A stretch of DNA of 64,000 bases from Lingula anatina. Lineage: Eukaryota; Animalia; Brachiopoda. Below, in pieces: positions 1 to 12,064 of the stretch (position 1 is its first letter; every line of letters starts with the position of its first letter). Where the stretch lies: positions 26,540,848 through 26,604,847 of the forward strand of contig CM120643.1 of NCBI GenBank assembly GCA_051362555.1, given 5' to 3'. The position numbers and the translations under genes were made by a program. The notes under the pieces were generated by a model. That model did no database searches, was not told where the DNA came from, and saw only the letters and a list, made by a program, of their open reading frames with translations.

Positions 1-100
1 TAGCAACTAAGGGCAGCTAAAATGCTAAACAGTCTTTGCTAGGACCAATTATTAACTTGAGTCATTTTGTGAAAACAAGTCCCTAAAAATGAATATTTAC

Positions 101-2920
101 CTTGCTCAACCCATCAAAAATATCATTAAACAAAGGAAGAACAGATCCTCTGGCCACTTTGACTATGTTGTACAGAGCCTCGCATGCGTAGTATCTCACT
201 CGTCCATCCTGGTCATAGAAACAGGCCAAAGTAGGCTTGACCATCTCCCTTACATACAGACTGGACTCCTGAAAAGATTACATAAGCATTTGTCTCATCA
301 GGACATTTCCCAAGTTTGTTGACTATCTTGAATGAAACATTAACCCCATAGGATCCGGTTAATGCTGACCCATAAAGTTCTGCTGTGCCCAATTAATTCT
401 GTGACCTAGCCTTGAAAAGCCGGGTCACCTCAGTAAATTGGCCATAATTTATTTGTTTGCCTTTATTACCTATATAAAGTATACATTTTTAAAAAGCCAA
501 TATTTCAAGCTAAATGAAAATAGAATCACATTTAAATTCAACATGCAGTATCAAGAGTTATGGCCGGTTAAAAACTACATTTTTATTTGGTAATGGGTGA
601 AATAAAACAAAGTTGATTTATCTTATGCACTTTATTTTTTTATTTCTCCATACATTTGGCTGAAAATTCACAGAAATGATGTCAATTATAGTAACTTTCA
701 ATCCAGGAAATTTCAGCAAGTTACCTCCAATAGTTTTCAAGTTATGCTCGTTTTGCTATCAGGTATACTTGAGCCAACTTTTCAGCTCACCTGAACATCG
801 TGGCCAGAGCTGAGTAGAAGTCAAATTTCAACACCATCTATGACAAAAACATCTGTTAAACTTATATCAAAAATAAAGGAATATCATAGCCACTGTCTAT
901 ATCACTGTCACTCGAAATCACCTTATCAGTGTCATAGTTTTTAATCATTTCAATAAGTGTCTATTCGCAGGCCCCTTCCGTAGTGAGGAGTCGCCATTTT
1001 GATTTTAATTTCTCCAGCTAAGTCTAGAAAATCGCCGATTTCTCGCTTATTTATTTTTCCATCGTCCTTTATATCATAAATAAAGGAATATCATCGTCAC
1101 TGTCTATGTCACTGTCACACGAAAACTTCTCATCATAGTCCGAGTTTTCAATCATTTCAATAACAGTAACCATTAGTAGTTCCATACCGTAGCGAGGAGC
1201 CGCCATCTTGATTTTACTTTCTCCAACTAAGTCTAGAAAATTGCCGTTTTCTCGCTCATATATATTTCTATCGTCTTTAAAAATGGTGGCAATAAGAGAC
1301 AAGAAACATACCCGGATGTTAAACTATATATCATTTCATGACTCACAATACAAAAGAGTACAGAAGCCGATCTTTACAAGATACGCACATATGCGGTTCT
1401 GGGCTTTTGGGGTAAGTGATAATTGAACCGCACATATGCGGTGACGGGCTCTATGGGGTTAATAGAGACATATGCAGAAAATGAATGTTCTATTACATAA
1501 CACAATATTCCTAGAATATATATATTTTTTAAAATTTAGTATGATCAAAAAAGTTTCCAAAGCTAAATTTGCCCTCTGTTAGCAAATTTAACACAATTTT
1601 TTTCACGTAGTTATAGTACTTGAACAAAAGTATTCAGAAAAAGAAAGAGAGAAATTCACAAACCTTCCCCAGTGCGATGGCAGTGGCAGCCATGCCAATC
1701 AAGCCTCCTTTCCTTCCATTGGGGTTCTGCGAGGTAGAGAAGTCTTTGCCCCCCAACACCTGCAGCACCCGGGTGATCTCCTCTCTGTTGTTAGTAGCAA
1801 CATATTCTCTCACTTGTCTTAAAAAATGAAATTAAAAAGGAAAAATGAAAATCAATTTTTAAATTATTGATAAAAACTGGTGAATTAAATACAATCATTC
1901 TAGATGTAAAATATATATCAATCATGAACGATCAGCTCTTGTAATGGTCATTTTCACTGCAAAAGATTCTAACACCTGTCCGAATAAATGAATGAATAAA
2001 TAATCAGTCAATTAACATTAATGATGTTAAAGATTGACAGGATGGATAAATGTCAAATAATACAAAAATCCATTGCTAAAGATCATCATCCCCATTCTGT
2101 AAATGTTACCTATATTTAAGTATTTAAGATAAATCAATCAAGGTGAAGCATTGACCTAAGGTTAGTACCAGTACTTAGTATTTATTTTTCATAATCCCAT
2201 TTCAAAACATTTTATTGGATTATGTCTTCACAATGTCAAGGAGAGAATAATGAGGTGTCAAAATGAACTTATAAATCTTCCGTGTTTTAAAAGCATTGTG
2301 CCATACATTATCAGCACCTGGCTTGAGGCAGATTACCACTAAACGACTTAAACCCAGTTTACCCCCCCCCCCCCCCCCCCCACCTGGTACCAGCTTACTG
2401 ATTTATATGGGTGGTGTGCTGGTATGGCACAAAGACCACCCCCCCCCCCCTGCAAAATATAACCACTTACTCCCTCTTCTTTAAGAGATCTTGATACTCC
2501 AGACTTATTTTATTTAATTGTGTTTTTAATTGTGGGATTTCATTGTATCTTCTTCTTGTACCGTAGTTATATACAGTACTGGGTATGTCATCAATATACC
2601 AGATTTCCGGGAAGAAATATATAATTATTAGTACTGATTTAGGAAATACAATGCGCATTATTTAAAGAAATATTTTCAAAAAGACTCTCAAACACCCTAG
2701 CTTAATCCTAGCACAAGTTGCAACTTGGTTCCTGACTCTTGTCTATTTCAGAGTCTTGTTTCTTGCAGAAGAAGGAAGTCTGCAAGTTGACCGTCTTAAT
2801 CCAACCGGCTTCAGTTTACCTTTCGATTTCAAGGGCAGCTCCTTTTCTTTTCTCGTAGAGTTTGTCATTCAATGCCCGGACACATGCCGCCGTAAGCGGC
2901 GCAAAATCTTTCTCGTTCAT
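101..2920 (-). CDS. VAC14: VAC14 homolog (PIKfyve complex scaffold, HEAT repeats); first three coding exons 2920-2820, 1817-1664, 268-101; gene continues left of the window
   Basis: Manual translation: [34 protein letters not shown] / [51 protein letters not shown] / [56 protein letters not shown]. This matches the recalled VAC14 N-terminus. GT-AG boundaries have consistent phases. Confidence 0.95.
344..1458. mobile_element. Non-autonomous piggyBac-like element in VAC14 intron 2
   Basis: TTAA|CCCCATAG...CTATGGGG|TTAA: TTAA target duplication (340-343, 1459-1462) and CCC-starting terminal inverted repeats. Contains an internal ~200-bp tandem duplication (~870-1280). Confidence 0.75.
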
Positions 2921-3210
2921 CAAAACGAGTTGGTTACCACGTCCATAAACTACATTTAGATAGACTTGACAAGTAGAGTCCCACTTTCAATGCATGTGAT
3001 TAACGCCGCTTACAGCTTTATAAAATGCGCATTGTATTTGATGCAAGCGACACTTATCAACAAATCTAGGTCAAGCAGCCAAAGCTGAACGTGAGCAACA
3101 AACGAGGCATTATCTTCTCGCTTAGTTGCCACATAGAACAACCGCGATCATTATGCGGATCATCGTTTTACTCACGAACAACTCCGAGGATGGTGTAGAA
3201 TAGATCAGCG
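2921..3210. promoter_or_regulatory. Bidirectional promoter region between VAC14 and TMEM64
   Basis: Divergent ATGs (2920 on -, 3211 on +) are 290 bp apart. The interval is locally CpG-richer, with an NRF1-like ATGCGCAT near 3025 and CTAGGTCAAGC at 3066-3076. Confidence 0.65.
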
Positions 3211-6200
3211 ATGTTTCATCGAGTGGTTTCCATGGATAATCTTCGAAAGTTGCCAGCGCAGGCCGCCGGGGGTTTGTTACCCGTGTTGGGGCAGTCCTCA
3301 AAATTTGATGAGGTCCTCGTCAACTTAGAACTTCCATCGCCATCGGCCGAGGCCCAGGAGAAAGCGTTTGTACCAACAGACGCTGGGATAGTGTCAAATG
3401 AAACCACAGCTACAGTTGAGACGCCTTCAAAACGCTCAAACTGTTTGCAATTTTCTTTATCAACGGTTGTGGTCATAGCTGTTGTACTGTTTATGCTAAT
3501 ACTGTGCAGGGAATACATAAAGATTCTCTTAATTTGGCTAGGAGAACTTGACGTCTGGCAAGGCTGCCTGATTTATCTAGTCCTTTTCACTGTTGTGTCT
3601 TTCCCAATGACTTGGGGTTATGTTCTGTTAAACATATCATGCGGATACCTCTATGGCTGTATATTTGGCACCTTCACTGTTATATTATGTGTGTTAATTG
3701 GAGTCACGATATCACATTTTGTTGTAAAACATTTCTTTTATGACTGTGTTAGCACTAGGCTACAAAACGAGAACTTAATGGCGGTGGTGAAGGTCATCGA
3801 AGGAAAGCAAGGGTTTAAAGTTGTGGCCCTTGCAAGGCTGACACCAATTCCATTTGGATTACAGAACGGGCTGTTTGCAGTATGTATACAATCTGGGTTT
3901 GATTTCTATAAAGAAAGTTCTTTTTAAGTTGGTCTAATACTATATAAGCATGTAATGTGTGAGATATCTTTCTACAACTGTTTATAAAAAAAATCTGTAA
4001 ATTTAAGCAATGTTCCTTTATCACCAGGGTGCTGTCTACCCCATCCAAAACCCTTCAGAAAGTTGCATTATCTAAATCAGTTTTACATTAATTTTATTAT
4101 TTTTATCATCACAAGTAACATTCACCATGATCTCAGTCTCCATTCTGAGAATAACCCTTAAAGATTTTAAACTCAAAAATGGGTTTACAAATGGATCCCA
4201 ATTCTGTGAATAAATATATATAGATGACATTTCTTTGTGTGTCAGATAACCCAGATGAGTGCTGTCAAATACCTGTGTGCATCCACCCTGGGTCTTCTTC
4301 CCACACAGATCCTCAATGCTTACATTGGCTCCACTCTCAGGTCTATGGAGGATGTACTCTCAGATGACTCTAACCAGACAACAGGATGGATTGTTTTTAT
4401 TACTCAGGTGAGAGGGTGTTTGTGGCAAAAGATAATGGGTTTACCTGAGGTATACTGAAAAGGCGATCAATAGGAAATGAGGATTGGCATAGTGGATTAT
4501 TTTTTTGGTAACCTTTTTTTTACAGCATTGTGATGCTTTTTTTTTTGTCAAATGATATTTATTTATATACCATTATATGTAAATTCCATGACAACTATGA
4601 CATTAGACTAAAAACATCAGTTGTCCATCAGTTTGAAGACATATTAATTTGTGCAATTTATTGTTTATTTGAAAAGACCAGTGTTTATTACTTACTTTGG
4701 AAGCTTTCAGTAAAAGTTACCATTGTCAAGTCTGTTGAACCTTGGATGACAGTAAGACCCCATTCCCATAGAATTTAGATCAATCTGTCCCTGTGGGGAG
4801 TCTCACTAGATTACTGTCAGCTTAGCCGGCTTGAGCGTCTGTCCCGCCTACTAAAAGCTGTAAGGGGGTAATTAACTATGGTGCCCGCTCGGCTGACTGC
4901 AATTTAGCGTGAACCCCCAGAGAGTTAAGTCAATCTAAATCTTAATCTCTGGATCGATCTAAATCTCTTGGAATGCACCCTTAGAGTTGTAATGTTTGCT
5001 GATCCTTCATGACCTTGTAGTCAAACTTTAATCACTTAATATGAAAGTTCATTATAAATAACTCAATTTCAAATGCAAAACTTTTGTATCATTTTGAATT
5101 TAATTTCTAGCCAACAATCTTGCTCTAAAATTTTAAATCATTATTTTAGAAATTAGTAAATAATATATCAGTTTAATACCTTGTTTCATTGGTGCCGTAT
5201 AGAATAGATTAGAATACTAATTGCACAACTACTAGTAAATACCTCACTTAAATATTTTGTATAATATTGGTCTTGAGATGGGGGTTATTTGCAATCAGAA
5301 ACCAGGAAAATATAAATAATAAGGAATACAGCAAGCAAATAGCTGTTTGAGGCCATTCTCCGAGGAAAGTTCTTTTTTTTGGAACTAGTTCGCATAATTC
5401 ATAACGTTTGAAGTGAAATTGTGGATTTTTGAGCCTGACTTTGTCAGCTATGATTTGTCATGATCATCAAGTGTCCCTGTTTCACCTGAGTTGCAGGCTT
5501 TGACTATCTTCAGTGTCACGTTTAGCTAACGATGCCTCTGGGAAATATCTGAAATGAAATATACTCTGTCAAATGGGAACATTTCCCTCAAGCTACAGTG
5601 TTATTGTAACCACATGATACTCTTCAATATCTTAGAGGTGCTGACATTTTTACTGACTTTTCTTGGATATTACACTTGAATCAAGGTAGAAAATAAATAT
5701 TTGATTTGGATATCAGCACAACAGAAATCACGTCTTTATTCTGAGTAAATACAGTGCATTTGATATTTGCAGTGCTTGCTGAAAGTTATAGATTGAAAAA
5801 TTTATGATGTGTGTATGTCCTACTTCATAGTACAGTGACATGGAATGAAACATTAATTTTAACTCAAATTACGGTAATTGCACATGATATTTGAACCAAA
5901 TTGGATTGTGCTGTTTTCATGCAAAACACTGAGTGTTTGTACGTGTTGTAAAACTTGACTGGATACTTGGAAAAGTTTCTTTTAAAAATTGAATAGGTAC
6001 AATGATTAATCTTGAAAAAAGAGAAATATTGGAATCAATTCAATGTTCAAATTATTTGAATAGTTACCAAACCAGAAGATAAATTTACATCCAGGCACAT
6101 TTAGATAGGACATTTATTGCCTTAAATTGCTGCTGTCAACTATGCAACAGTAAGCACTAAGTCTTCTGATATCCTCTCATCCAAAACCATTGACTTAATG

Positions 6201-6772
6201 CAAAAATTCTAGCATGTCATTTGCAACATTTACAGTAGAGTCACAAGAAAAAGTTATTTTTTTTCACTCTGAAAATAAGAAAAACTTTAAAAATGCTGTT
6301 TTGCTTTTAGTTGAATAAACTGCCACCTATAATTGGTTCTAGAACATTCCCTACAAGGGGTATGCCCTAAAAGTTGTATGAATATTATGATACAAAAATG
6401 ACATAGTATGTGCACTTATATCAGTAATGAAGATACATTAACACAGAACAAAATTAAAAGAAAAATGACGTGTTTTATGCATTTTTTACAAAAAAGAAAA
6501 TTTTGTAAACTTAAGGTAATTTTCAGATTTTTAACCAGAATTTCATCTCATTTCAGTTAGTGTTCACTGTCCTCCTCATGTTCTTTGTGGTCCGTAAAGC
6601 AAGAAATGAACTTAAGAAGACAGTAGACGAGCAGGAGACGGGCGAGGACTTGGTTCTCATCGAGGATGATTCAGCCGATCCAGACGGCTATGTGAAAATC
6701 ACCATCCCATCATCATCCTCCCCAGAACTTTCCAATGGCTACGCAACAAGAAGTAAACAGTTGCCTCCGTAA
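3211..6772 (+). CDS. TMEM64: TMEM64-like VTT/DedA (SNARE-associated Golgi protein family) membrane protein; exons 3211-3879, 4246-4407, 6557-6772
   Basis: Motifs VSFPMTWGYVLLNISCGYLYG, KVVALARLTPIPFGLQNGLFA and GLLPTQILNAYIGSTLRSMEDV are typical of TMEM64. It has multiple hydrophobic helices and two phase-0 GT-AG introns. Confidence 0.93.
4754..4983. mobile_element. Short palindromic MITE-like element with a second one nested inside
   Basis: Outer imperfect inverted repeat CATTCCCATAGAATTTAGATC...GATCTAAATCTCTTGGAATG. Inner inverted repeat GGGGAGTCTCACTAGATTACTGTCAGC...GCTGACTGCAATTTAGCGTGAACCCC. Related motifs recur at ~8950-9250. Confidence 0.5.
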
Positions 6773-7091
6773 TCTCCAAGATAAGAGCAACTAGGTACAA
6801 AAATAAATAAGTAGATAAATAAATGGAAAAAGGCCAGTTGGGTTTTGAGAGGGGAGGTGAATACAAAATCTTAATGCCACTGATGAGACTTTTCCGACCT
6901 TTGTCGGAATTCGGACTTCTTCAGTGTCATTTGGGTCATTCTTGTGAATTGTGTACCCTGGACCCCGGCCAATTTTCCTACTTTTTCGGTGAGGACTGGT
7001 CTCATCCCTAAATGTGATCTCATTTGAATAAAACCTAGGGTAGCTCAATGCTTAGTTATATTAAATATGTTTAAAAGTTAATTAAATTTTC

Positions 7092-7126
<35 letters not shown>

Positions 7127-7894
7127 TGCCAGTGGCTAAACTGTTTTAAGATGATTGAAAAATGCATAATGTATGTGGTAATGGTTGTTGCTTGACCGTA
7201 ATCTGTAGTTCTGCTCAAAAAAAGGTTTGGGTTCAGGTTAGTAGTTTTACTGATGTTATATGGGAAAGCAAACTTAGTGCCTGGGGTGAGAAACATCAAG
7301 CTGTGCATACTGAATTCTAACCAAGACACACTTGAACCAAGTTGCTGTGTAGAGGATGTATTTTTTCATTGTTTGTACATGATGTATTATTCAAACATAT
7401 AAATTTATGAAGCTGTAACCTTCACTCGTCAGACCATAAATTTATCAAAATAGCACCAGTGGCAAGGACTGAAATTGCACCCTTCTCTTAAAATCTGACA
7501 CCTAACTTTTAAAGAGAACTATTGTGAATCAGCTCAAAAGTACAAGTCAGTTTTGTTATATTTTATTTCATTTAAAAGATTTTAGCACTACATTAAAATT
7601 ACAATTGCTAAAAGGTAGATAAGCACTTCAGCTGTTGCCCAGAGCTTGGTGTCCCATTTACATGCTCTAGAAGTCATTTATTATATCTTCATTGAATCAT
7701 TTACTGCAGTGAAACTGCACTGTATAATTGCAAAAATGCTGGTTATATTACAGCCTTATTAATTTATGATATGAAGTGTGCATTAAGTAGACAGCCAGAA
7801 ACACACCTTGTGTTATAATATAATTGCTCAATGTGGTTGACCACCCTGTGTTTCACAGGTCAGTCAAAACTGACCTCAATTTATCAGCAAATCT

Positions 7895-8037
7895 GGGGCC
7901 CCGTAACTCAAGCATTGTGACCGAGCGCAAGTGTCTTGATTCCATAACTCACCCATACTTACCCCATATAATACATTCGATTGTAGCCTCCATTTGATAT
8001 TGCTATTCGCAATACGCGATGCTTTTGAGTGGGGCCC
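7895..8037. mobile_element. Degenerate MITE (GGGGCCC termini), related to 60740-60843
   Basis: GGGGCCCCGTAACTCAAGCATTG...ATGCTTTTGAGTGGGGCCC inverted repeat. Internal ATAACTCACCCATACTTACCCCATATAATAC resembles ATAACTCGCCCATACTCGCCCCATATAATAT at ~60750. Confidence 0.5.
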
Positions 8038-8892
8038 TGTCCTGTTTTATCACACCCTGAATTTCAAAGATCACAGGGAACTCACCTCAACATATCAACA
8101 TCTTGTATTACGGAGGTTAGCTGCAAGTAATCTTTGAATCTCAGGGTGCACATTTAACGCTGGTTTCCGTTTTGAGTGAAATCCGTTTTGAGCGATCAGA
8201 AAATACCCAGCATGCACAGGGTGATAGCAACACAGTTAGAAGACTGGATAGAACCAGTTCAGATAATGTTGTGGTAAATGTATGTAGAAATTGAAAGCAG
8301 TCATATAAATTGCACTGTGAATATTATGTTAAGTTGTCACTTTTAGCGTTGTCTTGCCATTGGCCAAAGTCACTGTTACTTACATGGAATAAGCTGTTTG
8401 TTTATACCAGAAGATTACGGTACCATATTTTTGATGGAGTTTTTAATGTTTTGAACTGGAAGCACAGTAGATTGTTTTGTTTATTTATCTTTTCAAAATG
8501 AAGAGAAAGACTCATTTTTGAAAGAATTTTAAGAATGTTCAGTCTTCCGTATAATCCAGGAGTTAAAAAATGTTATGGAAAAATGAGTCATATTACATGT
8601 TGCCTTATTTTCCAACAGTAGTTTGATCGTCATAATGTCATAGACAAATTGGGAAATATATGCACTTCTCTTATTTTTACCATGCTCCATGTTGAATCTA
8701 GTTTACACCTGCCTGTTTTAAATGAATGTTTTAATGTTGAGTGCATTTAATTGCTAGACTGACACATGTCATCTATATATTACACATCAGTGTGAATAGG
8801 TTACTGTGAACTAATGCTGCATATCATGTACCTCCATTTAAATCATATCAATTAGTATTGTACATCTCTTCAGGAAATACAGGATAATCAGA

Positions 8893-8895
<3 letters not shown>

Positions 8896-8929
<34 letters not shown>
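8896..8929 (+). repeat. Poly-G homopolymer (~34 nt)
   Basis: Directly visible. Poly-C runs also occur at ~2362-2381 and elsewhere. Confidence 0.9.
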
Positions 8930-8931
<2 letters not shown>

Positions 8932-11900
8932 GCAGGACAAGACATATCATAAGGCCCATTCTTATCCATTTGGTCCAGATAATTTAAAGACTGGGTTCCC
9001 ATCCATAGATCGATTTAACAGATCGGTCCATCTCCATGAGGTTTCTCGCTAAATTGCTTTCAGGTTATGGGGTTTAGATGTCTGGCATGCCTGCTAAAGC
9101 TGCTAAACGATAGTTAATTACCCCCTATCAGCTTCAGTAAGCGTGACAGACATCTAAGCTGCTTAAGTTAATTGCAATTAAGCCAGAATCCACTTGGAGA
9201 TAGTTCGATCCAAAATTAGTATGATAGCCTCTTAGAATGGTCTCTAAGAACCATGTCATGTTATCCCTGCTATCATTATCAGATAACTGGGTAAATAGGC
9301 ATTGAAAATTAATGCTGCATAAAGGTGCAATGTAATTCTGCATGAAAATTACTGTGCATTTTGTTGGAGGGGAGGGGGGGGAAGAAGACACATTGACGTG
9401 GTCATCTTGTGGTCACCCATACTTGAGACGTACACCATGAAGTAAGGCTCAGTATTTTCTATTAAGGCCAGTGTTATTTTAATAAATGTATTCAAATGAT
9501 ACTTATTAAAATAATTAAATTAGTGAAATAGTATTTATTGAAATGTATGCATCAACATGTATTGTTTGACAGACAGACAGACACACATACACAATAGGAT
9601 GGCAGGAGAATTTTATGTATAATTTCTATACTACAATTTAATTAGATGAATCTCATTAGTCAAACCGTCAAAGCTGTAAAGTGAAAAGTATTATTCAAAA
9701 TATTTATTAATTTATTGAAGTTGTTTTATGTAGTATAAAATTCTTATAAGGTTGATTTTTAGGTAGAAAATTTTTAGAATGGCATGGCATGGGTGTAACT
9801 GTTTTAGAAAAAAAAAATCAGTGATAGCTTAATCAGTATTGTCCAATTATCATTATTCTGGAGTTCCCAATGAAAAATTAACCTTAGTATATATATATGT
9901 CCCTTTACAGCCACTTTCTCTTGCCAATGGCGTTAACCAGATCGAACAAGCTTATTGAACAAACAAATGAATTCAACCATTTTCACTTCAGTCTGCATTA
10001 AATTTTCAGTGTTTGAGAACAACCAGCTGGTTCATTTCTAAAAGAAGATCACACATCTTTCAGTATATAAACAGATTGACAAAAATTCCATATCATTCTG
10101 TCTTTCTGATTTAATTATTAGCAATACTTTATTAGTGGTCATTTTGTTCTCTAGGACCTGCTGATATATCATTGCCAATAAGTATCTGTATTTTATCAAA
10201 GAAAGGCAATTTTTGTGATCAACTTGGTGGCCTTGAAGAACAATTAAAACTTTTAAATGCCTTTCATTACAATGGTGAATTATACTTTTCAGTTATGACA
10301 TATTGATAAGATGATCTGTTTACAGACAAAGAAGATTAGAAAGTTAAAATTCAGCCACAATAGATTACTTAATATATTGCTTATCAATAAACAAAAGAAT
10401 TTGCTCCAGCTCTATCTTATGGATTTTTAATACAAGTATGCCATTTTAACACCAAAATGAATTTTGAAATATTGGGAGGATGACTTTTAAATTATATTGA
10501 TAAGGTGTCAAATACACAATCAGTTTAAATAGTTCTTAGAGCCAAGTCTGGTCCGTTATAGTGTATCCACTCTGAAGTTCACAGATTACTAGAAAGTTAC
10601 TGCTAATACCACTTAGTCTGAAACACTGAATTTAGTATAGAGTGCTCTAAAACTTCCCACTAATATGTTCTTGTCTGTGGTTTTCTATTAGTCGTCTGAA
10701 TGCACTGTAAATGGTAGAAGCATTCTGAAAATACCTTTAAAATTTTGTGACTTTTCACATTGAGTTGGGGAGGGGGAGGAAGTTTAAATTAGCAGGTTGT
10801 TACCAGTGACATATGAAGCTAAGGGTGCCCTCACCTACTGTGTTAAATGGTATTAGCTCATGTTTTTCAGATATGAGATGTCATCTGAATCAATATTTAT
10901 TCATCTGTTTGTCCACAAACTTGGCAGAACAGTTTTTATAGGTGTTTGCATCATGTAAACCATGTTATATTATTTTGTATATAGCACATGGCAATTGTAT
11001 AAATATGGTAAATTATTGAGCAAAAATGTTCATTAGCTTGGTAGTTGAATCATGAATATTATCAAACACAAGCTGAAATATTTTCTCATCGTTAGCTTAC
11101 TCACATCAGTCTGATGAAGGCCTTTGCGTGTTTGATAATTTTCATTTATGATAGTAAATTATTGTAAGAGTAAATAAAGACAAAGACTTTTTCTACCTCT
11201 GATAACCCTGAGGATCAGAGGTCAGTGGGAACTCCACCTCTGTTACCAGTATGCCTCTGTTATTTCCAGTGAACTCTGGCACTCGGGGTGTCTCCGAGAT
11301 GCTGGTGTCGTATATTATTCACGCCATGGAGCTATAATTTACACAATTTCATTAAAATGGCCAAGTTAACCATGTTAGTTAATATTATACATGTGGGTGC
11401 ATTTCAAACTGTTTTAACTGAAGGCTAGATAAGTCTGACTGATTTTCATCCATCTTTTCATTTTAATGAAGCAGGAAAGGCCTTTTCACATCGAACATTG
11501 TCTTATCATTACAGGGGTTCCATTTATTTATTGAGGCTCTCTACGTCTGTTAAGCCAACAGTAAATCTACATCATAAAATGCCAATTGTAATATATTTTT
11601 TGAGGAGGTGGGTGGTTTTAAAGCTATTGTGATATTGACGTTGAATAAAACCAAATCTTAAAATTTCAATTATTTGTTGTTTCTACTTAACTAAGTAACT
11701 CAAGGTGTAGTTACGATTTTTAGTCCAAAAATTCTCACTTTTTCTGTGATTGACTTCTATCAGATCCTCCATAAAAGATGTAATTTTTCTTTTTTGAAAT
11801 TTTAAAATATTTAATTCCGCTGCAGCACATCTGCCACAAGCATACAGAGAATGAGTTTAAAAAGCCATATTTTATTCATAATTGATTTTATCCTTTGAGC

Positions 11901-12064
11901 AAAAATCAAATATTTGTTTTATGCCAGTTTCCATCTGTGTAAAATCTCAATGTCACAATCCCCATTGTCCAGACCAATAATTCACAAATATTCCCTGGCA
12001 AATTCTACCACATACAATAGCTTTTCTCACAATACTTTAAAAACAATAAACAAATATTTTCTTC

